In this document: one piece after another, positions 26,677-34,722 of the stretch | Numbering within the stretch: position 1 is the stretch's first letter | How the letters are laid out: the number at the start of each line of letters is the position of its first letter | NCBI GenBank assembly: GCA_046758745.1 | Contig: JBHIAV010000009.1 | Coordinates: forward strand, 1 to 64,000 | DNA: 64,000 bases | Source of the DNA: Gemmatimonadota bacterium | GTDB taxonomy: Bacteria; Gemmatimonadota; Gemmatimonadetes; Palauibacterales; Palauibacteraceae | Reading direction: 5' to 3' | Notes under the pieces: generated by a model | Databases searched by the model: none | Seen by the model: only the letters and a program-made list of their open reading frames with translations | Told to the model about the DNA's origin: nothing | Position numbers and translations under genes: made by a program

Positions 26677-27672
26677 TCAGAGCGCCGCGAGCCTCCTGAC
26701 TAGCGTCGGGTGGGGTCGACGCTCGTCGAGGCGCCGGAGGCCGAGGTCGCGGGCCATCGCCTGCGCCTCCCGGAACTCGCCGGAGGTGAGGCTGCGGTTG
26801 ATCTCGGCGTACCGCTCGGCGCTCACCCTGCCCGCAGGGTAGTACTGGTCCATCAGGTTCACGTAGCTGTCCGGACCGAGCTCGCGGGCGATCCACTCGA
26901 GGATCGCCCGCGTTTCCTCGAGACCCCCGGGCATCACGAGATGGCGGATCAGGACCCCCCGACGGGCGAGCCCGTCGGGGCCGATGACGAGCGAGCCGAC
27001 CTGCTCGTGCATGGCCTGGATCGCCGCCCGGGCCGCGTCCGGGTAGTTCTCCGCCTTCATGTAGGTACGGCTCCGCTCCCTCGACCAGTACTTGAAGTCC
27101 GGCATGTAAATGTCGACGACGCCGTCCATCAGCTCGATGCTTTCGAGGGCGTCGTAGGCGCTCGTGTTGTAAACGATCGGGAGCCCGAGTCCGAGGTCGA
27201 TCGCCACGGCGACCGCCTCCAACAGCTGGGGCACGACGTGCTCCGGGGTCACGAAGTTGATGTTGTGGCAGCCGAGGCGCTGGAGCTCGAGCATCATCCC
27301 GGCGATCTCCTCGGGGGGCGAGCCCCGAGCCGCCCTCGGCTTCACGCCCTGGCTGATGTCCCAGTTCTGGCAGAAGACGCAGCGCAGGTTGCAGTGCGAG
27401 AAAAAGATCGTGCCGGAGCCGTTCCACCCCCGAAGGCAGTCCTCCTCGCCGAAGTGTGGGAAGTGGCTGCCGACGACGGCGTAGCGACCGGTCTTGCACG
27501 CCGCCCATCTCTCCTCGAGGCGGTTGACCCGGCAGTCCCGCGGGCAGGCCCGGCAGTCGCTCAGGCCGGCGAGCGCCCGCTCCACGCGCTCCCCGAGCTC
27601 CCGGCGCGACAGGTAGCGGTACGCCGGGCGGAAGGCCCGGGATGTGGTCGGCACGATCATCGAGGCGACCAT
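26677..27672 (-). CDS. radical SAM protein, PflX-like (putative pyruvate formate-lyase activating enzyme family)
   Basis: CRACPRDC, HFGEEDCL, GSGTIFFSHCNLRCVFCQN, NINFVTP, DIYMPDFKY and IRHLVMP. Confidence 0.9.
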   Translation of the reverse strand: MVASMIVPTTSRAFRPAYRYLSRRELGERVERALAGLSDCRACPRDCRVNRLEERWAACKTGRYAVVGSHFPHFGEEDCLRGWNGSGTIFFSHCNLRCVFCQNWDISQGVKPRAARGSPPEEIAGMMLELQRLGCHNINFVTPEHVVPQLLEAVAVAIDLGLGLPIVYNTSAYDALESIELMDGVVDIYMPDFKYWSRERSRTYMKAENYPDAARAAIQAMHEQVGSLVIGPDGLARRGVLIRHLVMPGGLEETRAILEWIARELGPDSYVNLMDQYYPAGRVSAERYAEINRSLTSGEFREAQAMARDLGLRRLDERRPHPTLVRRLAAL

Positions 27673-27794
27673 CCTGCTCGATCGAAGCTCTCTCAGTGGC
27701 AAGGTAGCCCTGCGACCGGGCTCCGCCAACATTGAAGGTGGTGACCTCCATCTTCGGGAGGCACCGCACGTCGCGCAACGAGGAGGCAGTACCG

Positions 27795-28253
27795 ATGGAC
27801 GTGTACCTGGTTCACCACGGTCGGGCCAGGTCCGAGGAGGACGACCCGGCGCGGCCCCTGACGGAAGGGGGACGAACTGACACGGAGAGGGTGTCCGCGG
27901 CCATAGGAAGGCACGGCATCCGGCTCGAAGAGATCTGGCACTCTGGTAAGCTGCGCGCCGCGCAGACGGCTGAGATCCTTGGCAGCAGACTGAAACCGAG
28001 CGGCGGCATCCACCGGAAGGACGGTCTCGCTCCCTGGGATCCACCCGGCCAAATGGCCGAAGCCGTGGCGGCAGCTCCGGAGCCCGTCATGCTCGTCGGT
28101 CACCTCCCGCACCTCGGCCGGCTCGCCTCCCTCCTGCTGGTCGGTGACGAGGAGAGAGAGTTGGTGGCTTTCCGGAACGCCGGCGTGCTCTGCCTGTCGA
28201 GGGACGACGGGAGATGGCGCATCCGGTGGTATCTGCCGCCCGAGCTCTCGTGA
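27795..28253 (+). CDS. sixA: phosphohistidine phosphatase SixA
   Basis: YLVHHG (RHG variant), RPLTEGG, HSGKLRAAQTA and MLVGHLPHL; RBS AGGAGG. Confidence 0.88.
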   Translation: MDVYLVHHGRARSEEDDPARPLTEGGRTDTERVSAAIGRHGIRLEEIWHSGKLRAAQTAEILGSRLKPSGGIHRKDGLAPWDPPGQMAEAVAAAPEPVMLVGHLPHLGRLASLLLVGDEERELVAFRNAGVLCLSRDDGRWRIRWYLPPELS

Positions 28254-28288
28254 TACGTCTCAACGGGGCGCGCGTCTCCGGGCGATGG

Positions 28289-29053
28289 ATGGACAGGCAC
28301 CGTCGGGCAGGCGTCGCCCGCTCTCCGATTGCGCGTCCCCACGCGACGGTCCTTCCCTTCGCCGTCGTCTTCCTGCTGGTGCCTCCCCTGCCCGCCCAGA
28401 CGCCGGATCCGTACCTGGAGGCTCGTCTCCAGATGGTGCGCGAACAGATCGCCTCCCGCCGCTGGGCTGATCCGGTGACCGACACGGCGGTGCTTCGCGC
28501 CATGCGCACCGTGCCCCGGCACCGCTTCGTGCCGCCCGAGCTGCTCCGCCTCGCCTATGCCGACCGCCCGCTGCCGATCGGATACGGCCAGACGATCTCG
28601 CAGCCGTATATCGTCGCCGCCATGACGCAGCTCCTCGAGCTGGAGCCCGGAGACAACGTCCTCGAGATCGGCACGGGGTCGGGCTACCAGGCGGCCGTGC
28701 TGGCCGAGATCACCGACCGAGTGTACACGATCGAGATCGTGGAGCCGCTGGCCCGGAGCGGGCGGGAGCGACTGGAGGCACTCGGCTACGAGAGCGTGAC
28801 GGTACGCGAAGGGGACGGCTACTACGGTTGGCGGGAGGTCGCCCCCTTCGATGCGATCGTGGTGACGGCCGCGGCGAGCCACATTCCGCCCCCCCTGGTG
28901 GAGCAGCTCAAGCCGGACGGGCGCATGGTCATTCCCGTGGGCGCGCCGCTCCAGACGCAGGCCCTGATGTTGGTGAATAAGCGGGCGGACGGCTCGGTCG
29001 TGCAGCGCAACATGGGGCCCGTGCGCTTCGTTCCTCTGACGCGAAGGAAATGA
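28289..29053 (+). CDS. pcm: protein-L-isoaspartate O-methyltransferase
   Basis: VPRHRFVP, AYADRPLPIGYGQTISQPY, VLEIGTGSGYQAAVL, APFDAIVVTAA and VRFVPL; start uncertain. Confidence 0.93.
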   Translation: MDRHRRAGVARSPIARPHATVLPFAVVFLLVPPLPAQTPDPYLEARLQMVREQIASRRWADPVTDTAVLRAMRTVPRHRFVPPELLRLAYADRPLPIGYGQTISQPYIVAAMTQLLELEPGDNVLEIGTGSGYQAAVLAEITDRVYTIEIVEPLARSGRERLEALGYESVTVREGDGYYGWREVAPFDAIVVTAAASHIPPPLVEQLKPDGRMVIPVGAPLQTQALMLVNKRADGSVVQRNMGPVRFVPLTRRK

Positions 29054-29189
29054 GCGGCGTGGGTGTCGCTTCGGCACCACCGCCCGGTCCGCCGGTTCTC
29101 GGCACTGTGCCGCCGGCTCTCGGCGCCGCCCCGCCGGCCGGTCCCCGCCGGCGCTCTCCCGGCGCGCCCGGCTTCCTCCTGCTCCGCGC

Positions 29190-31622
29190 ATGAAGCTACG
29201 ATTCCTGCACCTCTCCATCCTCGTGGTGAGCGGGGTGGGAATCGCGTACGAGCTGGTTCTCGTGCGCGTGTTCTCCGTCGCGCAGTGGTACCACCTGGCC
29301 TACATGGTCATCAGCATGGCCATGCTGGGATTCGCGGCGAGCGGCACCGTTCTCGGCCTCATGCGCACACGGCTCGCGGGCCGCGAGGCCTCGCTCTTCC
29401 GGCTCGCGTGCGGACTCCTCCCGATCGCCATCGTCGCCTGCTATGCGGGAAGCCAGAGGATCCCGTTCGAAACCTACCAGCTGGTCTCCCGGCCGACCCA
29501 GTTCGCCAACCTCCTCGCCCTCTACCTCGTGCTTTCCGTCCCCTTCTTCCTCGTCTCCTCCTGCATCGTCCTCGGCTTCCAGATGGCGCCCCGCCGCGTG
29601 GGGCGCGTATACTTCTCCAACCTCCTCGGCTCGGGGCTCGGTGCTGCGCTCGGCGTCGGCTGCCTCTTCCTCCTTCCCGTGTCGAGGATCCCATACGTCC
29701 TCGCCCTCATCGCAGTGGTCGCGTTCGCGCTGTCGGGCCTGGACGCCCCCGGCTGGCTGGCACGGGGACTCCCCGTGCTGGCTCTCACCGCCGTATGGGT
29801 CGCCGGGCGCGGACCGACGTCGATCCGCGTGTCGGAGTACAAGGGCCTCGCCTATGCCCTCCGCTTCCCGGACGCCGCAATCGTCGGGCGGGCGGTGAGT
29901 CCGATCTCGGAGCTTACCGCCGTCTCCTCATCCATGCTGCGGGAGACCCCCGGCCAGATCTCGAACTACCCGATGGCCGAGCTGGGGAACCTCCCGGAGC
30001 AGATCGGCCTGTTCTTCGATGCGGGAGCGGTCTCGCCCGTGCACCGCTTCGACGGTTCGCTCGAGCGATTCGTTTTCCTGGATCACGTCACCTCCGCCCT
30101 GCCGTACCACATACTCGATCGGCCTCGCGTTCTGGTGCTCGGGGCCGGTGGAGGCGTGGAGGTGCTGAGCGCGCTGGTGCACGGAGCCCGGGAGGTAACG
30201 GCCGTCGAGGTGGAGGGAAACGTGTACCGCCTTCTGGAGACGGAGCTGCGCGAGTTCTCGGGGGGTCTGTACGAGCGGCCGGAGGTGCGGCCCGTCGTGG
30301 CCGAGGGCCGCGGCTTCCTCGCGGCGAACGAGCGGGAGTACGATCTGATCCAGATCTCCCTGCTCGACTCGTTCAGCGCCTCTTCGGCCGGGGTGCACGC
30401 GCTCAACGAGAGCTATCTGTACACGGTCGAGGCGATTGCGCTCTACCTTCGTCGGCTCTCGCCCCGCGGTATTCTGGCGATCACGCGGTGGCTGAGGACC
30501 CCGCCGCGCGATGCGGTCAAGCTCTTCGCCACCATGGTGGAAGGGTGTGAGTCGGCCGGGATCGTCGAGCCGGGACGACACCTGGCCTTCATCCGTTCGT
30601 GGAACACCGGGACCATACTCGCGTCGCGCTCCCCGCTGTCCGAGTCGCAGGTAGCAGCGATCCGCGACTTCGCCGAGGCGCGTTGGTTCGACCGGAGCTA
30701 CCACCCCGGCCTCACGCCGGCCGAGGTGAACCGCTACACCGTGCTGGCGGAGCCGGCGTACCATGAGGCGGCGCTCGACCTTCTCTCGGCGGAGCGGGAG
30801 CGATTCTACCGCGCCTACCCCTTCTACGTGCGTCCGGCCACCGACGACCGCCCCTACTTCTTCCGCTTCATCCGGCTGCGATCACTCCCTCGCTTCATGC
30901 GTCAGTTCGGCCGGGACTGGGTGAGCTTCGTGGAATGGGGATACATCCTGCTGGTGGCCACGGTGGCGCAGGCCGCCGTGGCGGCGATCGGGCTCGTGCT
31001 CATCCCCCTTATTCTGTTCGCCCGCGGCTCCGCCGCAACGGGAAGGCCGAGCGTATCCGGGTACTTCGGCGCGCTCGGCCTCGCCTACATGTTTCTGGAG
31101 ATCGCGTTCATCCAGAAGTTCATGCTCTTCTTGAGCTACCCGGTGTACGCGGTCGCGGTGGTGCTGACCTCGTTCCTTCTCTTCTCGGCGCTCGGGGCGT
31201 GGCAGGCGGACCGCCACCGCGCGAGAAGGAGACGCCTCGTGGGAACTACGGTCGTGGCCATCGTGGGGCTGTCGGCGCTCTACCTCCTGCTCCTCCCTCC
31301 TCTCTTCACGGCCCTCGCGGGGTGGTCCGATGCAGCGAAGATCCTGGCGAGCCTGGCGCTGCTCTCGCCCCTCGCCTTCCTGATGGGGGTGCCCTTCCCC
31401 GCCGGTCTCCAGGTGGTGTCGGACCGCCGCGCCCCCCTCGTGCCATGGGCGTGGGGGATCAACGGAGGAGCTTCGGTGGTGGGGGCGACCCTCGCCACGC
31501 TGCTCGCCGTACACGCCGGCTTCCGCGCGGTGGTCGCTGTGGCCGTCCTCCTCTACGGGGTGGCCGTTCTCGCCCTGCAGCGGCTGGACAGGGCGGATCC
31601 TCGCACCTCGCTCGAGGTATGA
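29190..31622 (+). CDS. multi-pass membrane protein with a central spermidine-synthase-like SAM-binding domain
   Basis: About 7 N-terminal TM helices, VLVLGAGGG, YDLIQISLLDS, LYTVEA, PATDDRPYFF and about 6 C-terminal TM helices. Confidence 0.85.
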   Translation: MKLRFLHLSILVVSGVGIAYELVLVRVFSVAQWYHLAYMVISMAMLGFAASGTVLGLMRTRLAGREASLFRLACGLLPIAIVACYAGSQRIPFETYQLVSRPTQFANLLALYLVLSVPFFLVSSCIVLGFQMAPRRVGRVYFSNLLGSGLGAALGVGCLFLLPVSRIPYVLALIAVVAFALSGLDAPGWLARGLPVLALTAVWVAGRGPTSIRVSEYKGLAYALRFPDAAIVGRAVSPISELTAVSSSMLRETPGQISNYPMAELGNLPEQIGLFFDAGAVSPVHRFDGSLERFVFLDHVTSALPYHILDRPRVLVLGAGGGVEVLSALVHGAREVTAVEVEGNVYRLLETELREFSGGLYERPEVRPVVAEGRGFLAANEREYDLIQISLLDSFSASSAGVHALNESYLYTVEAIALYLRRLSPRGILAITRWLRTPPRDAVKLFATMVEGCESAGIVEPGRHLAFIRSWNTGTILASRSPLSESQVAAIRDFAEARWFDRSYHPGLTPAEVNRYTVLAEPAYHEAALDLLSAERERFYRAYPFYVRPATDDRPYFFRFIRLRSLPRFMRQFGRDWVSFVEWGYILLVATVAQAAVAAIGLVLIPLILFARGSAATGRPSVSGYFGALGLAYMFLEIAFIQKFMLFLSYPVYAVAVVLTSFLLFSALGAWQADRHRARRRRLVGTTVVAIVGLSALYLLLLPPLFTALAGWSDAAKILASLALLSPLAFLMGVPFPAGLQVVSDRRAPLVPWAWGINGGASVVGATLATLLAVHAGFRAVVAVAVLLYGVAVLALQRLDRADPRTSLEV

Positions 31623-31638
31623 GAGCGCAGCTTCTCAG

Positions 31639-32766
31639 ATGACCCCTGGAGGCCGCACGCACCCGACGGCGATGGTGTCCGGAGCCAAGCACATCGTCCC
31701 GACCCGCTGGTGGCACGCGCTGGACGACGGGCGGGTGCAGTGTGACCTGTGTCCTCGCGCCTGTCGGCTCCGGGAGGGCCAGCGGGGGCTCTGCTTCGTG
31801 CGGGCCAACTCCGGCGGGGAGATCGTTCTAACCACGTACGGCCGCTCGAGCGGCTACTGCGTGGACCCGATAGAGAAGAAGCCGTTGAACCACTTTCTCC
31901 CCGGCACACCCGTACTCTCCTTCGGGACAGCCGGATGCAACCTGGCGTGCAAGTTCTGTCAGAACTGGGACATCAGCAAATCCCGGGAGGTGGACACCCT
32001 CTCGGACGGGGCAGCGCCTGAGGAGATCGCCCGGGCGGCGGAGGCGCTCGGGTGTCGCAGCGTCGCCTTCACGTACAATGACCCCGTCATCTTCCACGAA
32101 TACGCGATCGATGTCGCGCTCGCCTGCCGGGAGCGAGGCGTCCGGTCGGTGGCGGTCACCGCCGGCTACGTGACCCCCGCGCCGCGTGCCGAGTTCTACC
32201 GCCACATGGACGCGGCCAACGTCGACCTCAAGGGGTTCACGGAGCGCTTTTATCAAAGGGTGTGCGCCGGACATCTCGAGCCGGTGCTCGACACCCTGCG
32301 CTACCTGCGGCACGAAACCGATGTGTGGTTCGAGATCACCAACCTGCTGATCCCCGGGGAGAACGATTCCGAGGAGGAAATCGACGCGATGACGGGGTGG
32401 GTTGTGGAGAATCTCGGACCCGACGTCCCGGTGCACTTCACCGCCTTCCATCCCGATTGGAAGATGCTCGACCGGCCGCCTACTCCCCTCGACACCCTGG
32501 AGCGGGCGCGGAGCATGGCCCGGCGGAACGGGGTGCGCTACGCCTACACGGGCAACGTGCGTGACCCCGCCGGGCAGAGCACGTACTGTCACGAGTGCGG
32601 CCGGCTGCTGATCGGTCGGGACTGGTACGCGCTCATCGGGTGGAATCTCGAGGTGGATGGGAGGTGCGCGAGCTGCGGTGAGGTGTGCGCGGGCGTGTTC
32701 GAGGCCGCACCCGGCCGTTGGGGTCCGAGGCGGCTTCCCGTGCGGCTGGCCGATTTCGCCGCGTGA
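31639..32766 (+). CDS. amrS: AmmeMemoRadiSam system radical SAM enzyme
   Basis: CDLCPRAC, DPIEKKPLNHFLPG, GTAGCNLACKFCQNWDIS, AFTYNDP, HFTAFHPDW and YTGNV. Confidence 0.92.
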   Translation: MTPGGRTHPTAMVSGAKHIVPTRWWHALDDGRVQCDLCPRACRLREGQRGLCFVRANSGGEIVLTTYGRSSGYCVDPIEKKPLNHFLPGTPVLSFGTAGCNLACKFCQNWDISKSREVDTLSDGAAPEEIARAAEALGCRSVAFTYNDPVIFHEYAIDVALACRERGVRSVAVTAGYVTPAPRAEFYRHMDAANVDLKGFTERFYQRVCAGHLEPVLDTLRYLRHETDVWFEITNLLIPGENDSEEEIDAMTGWVVENLGPDVPVHFTAFHPDWKMLDRPPTPLDTLERARSMARRNGVRYAYTGNVRDPAGQSTYCHECGRLLIGRDWYALIGWNLEVDGRCASCGEVCAGVFEAAPGRWGPRRLPVRLADFAA

Positions 32767-32903
32767 GCCGGGAGACCGGCGGGGCGGGCGCGTGGCGAGG
32801 TCGCTGGGGGACGGAAGAGGAATGGGACGTGCGCCGGGGCCTGGAGCGAGGAGAGGCCGGCCCGCGCCGGGGGCCTGGGCGGAGGTGAGCGGCCGGGCGC
32901 CGA

Positions 32904-33089
32904 TCAGCCGGCCCGCGTGGCCTTCAGGGCCTCCAACACATCCAGCAGGATCATTTTCCTCTCCTTGAGCTTCTCGCGGAAGCTCATGCGATCCGTGTCG
33001 GCGATCTCCATCCGCAGATCGGAGAGGTAGCTCTCCAGCACCTCCTGCAGGACGACGGCTTCCCGCTCCGTGAGCTCGATGCTTGGCAT
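32904..33089 (-). CDS. small hypothetical protein
   Basis: MPSIELTEREAVVLQEVLESYLSDLRMEIADTD...; natural helical composition; directly follows the DUF1059 gene. Confidence 0.7.
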   Translation of the reverse strand: MPSIELTEREAVVLQEVLESYLSDLRMEIADTDRMSFREKLKERKMILLDVLEALKATRAG

Positions 33090-33102
33090 TTCGCGGCGGG
33101 GG

Positions 33103-33279
33103 CTACTCGTCGTGAATCGCGGCCTTGACCTGTTCGAGAAGCTCCGGGGTGATCTCTTCGATCCCGTGCACGTCGCGCGCGTGCTCGGCGACCACCTGCA
33201 GCAGCTCGTCTTCTGTGTCGGCCGTGACAGTGAAGTCGCACTCCAGTCCGACATCCGCGCAGCTGATCCGCTTGGCCAT
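33103..33279 (-). CDS. DUF1059 small metal-binding protein
   Basis: MAKRISCADVGLECDFTVTADTEDELLQVVAEHARDVHG (C..C..H..H); RBS AGGAGG. Confidence 0.88.
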   Translation of the reverse strand: MAKRISCADVGLECDFTVTADTEDELLQVVAEHARDVHGIEEITPELLEQVKAAIHDE

Positions 33280-33335
33280 CTTGCCCTCCTTGCTCTCTCT
33301 GCTGCCGGCCGGTCGCCGGAGCGGCCGTCTGGCGT

Positions 33336-33638
33336 TCAGTGACGGACCGCCTCTCCCTTTCGAATGCGAGTACCGAAGAGCCCGAAGCCGAGTCGCGAGC
33401 ACACGGGCAGCGACAGGATGGCTAGCGCCGTGGGGAGGAGCACACCACCGACTACCGCACCGATGCCACCGAGCACGACCCGCAGCCCAGACCACACGAG
33501 GAGGAACACGACGAAGGTGACGAGCAGCCCCAGGACCTGGCGAGCGCCGCCGCCCCCCTCGAACTCGATGTTCAGCCCTCCCAGATACAGAGCGGCAAAA
33601 GTCCAAAAGACACTGATCGGAATCAGCCACACCATCAT
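33336..33638 (-). CDS. small membrane protein (about 3 TM helices)
   Basis: 100-aa hydrophobic ORF after GGAGG, co-oriented with two downstream small genes. Confidence 0.7.
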   Translation of the reverse strand: MMVWLIPISVFWTFAALYLGGLNIEFEGGGGARQVLGLLVTFVVFLLVWSGLRVVLGGIGAVVGGVLLPTALAILSLPVCSRLGFGLFGTRIRKGEAVRH

Positions 33639-33882
33639 CCTCGCCTCCTTCCCCAGGGTTCATCGTACCGAGAGCGTCCGCCACACCTCAAGCATGGCGC
33701 AGCGGGAGCGGTTCGGGCAAGGACCGGCTCGGGACGGGCCCCGTACCTGGCCCGCTTCCTGCGCACATGGCGCTCAGCGTCGGTACGCTCGCGACATCGA
33801 TTGCCCGCCGCCTACAGCCGGAGCGACCGGCAGCCAGCTGCGCGATCCCGTCACACGCGGGTGGTCGAGGACGGAGACGCTC

Positions 33883-34168
33883 GTGAACCGCAAGCCGCGG
33901 CCGCCGCTTCCCAGGATGTCGGAGCAGACCGAGACGACGTCTCGCGCCGTGCGTCCGGCGACGCGCGACCTCGCCCTGGTTCTGCTCGGCCCTATCTACC
34001 TGGCTGCTCGCATGGCGGACTCCCGTGTGGCGAAACTTCTTCAAGACCGGCGCGTTGACCCTCCTGATCTCGACCAAGCTCTACGCGGTCCTCGTTCTGT
34101 GGATCTTCCTCGCGGTGGTTCTGTTTCGGGCTCGTCGGTCGGCCGATTGCCCGGCGCGGGAAGTCTGA
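33883..34168 (+). pseudogene. possible frameshifted small membrane protein
   Basis: ...RDLALVLLGPIY in one frame continues as WLLAWRTPVWRNFFKTGALTLLISTKLYAVLVLWIFLAVVLF...* in the +1 frame after position 34000. Confidence 0.35.
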
Positions 34169-34305
34169 GCCGACCCGGGTGGGGGACCGCGGAGCGCGTC
34201 GGTGTTGGCGGCGCTCGTCGGACGGACGTTAGATTCAGCGGTGCTTGTACGGAGACACCGGTCGTGTGACACAAGGCGGAGGTCCGCAGCAAGGGAGGCG
34301 CGGCG

Positions 34306-34629
34306 ATGCCCCCAAGGTTCGAGGAGCTGAGGAGAAAGAAGGTGGCCGAGCTGCGACAGATCGCGGAGGGGCTCGATCACGACGCGCTGCACGGCTACCG
34401 GACGATGCACAAGGAGCAGCTCATCCCGGCGCTGTGCGCGGCCCTCGGGATCGAGGCCCACGAGCACCACGAGGTCATCGGGATCAACAAGCGCGAGCTC
34501 AAGGCGCAGATTCGGGAGCTCAAGCTGCAGCGCGCCGCAGCCCTTCAGGCCGGCGACAAGGAGGAGTTCCGGGCGACGCTCAAGAGGATCCACCGACTAA
34601 AGCGGAAGCTCCGCCGGGCCTGGGTGTAG
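34306..34629 (+). CDS. small basic protein with a Rho N-terminal-like helix-extension-helix
   Basis: EELRRKKVAELRQIA...GYRTMHKEQLIPAL pattern; RBS GGGAGG. Confidence 0.7.
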   Translation: MPPRFEELRRKKVAELRQIAEGLDHDALHGYRTMHKEQLIPALCAALGIEAHEHHEVIGINKRELKAQIRELKLQRAAALQAGDKEEFRATLKRIHRLKRKLRRAWV

Positions 34630-34722
34630 GAAGCTTCCGCGCCAGCCTCCCTGCGCGCGGAGCGTCCCCCGCGGCGCGGCCGCAGTCTGCCGCAGCGGGC
34701 CTAGCTCTCCGCTGGCGGGGCC

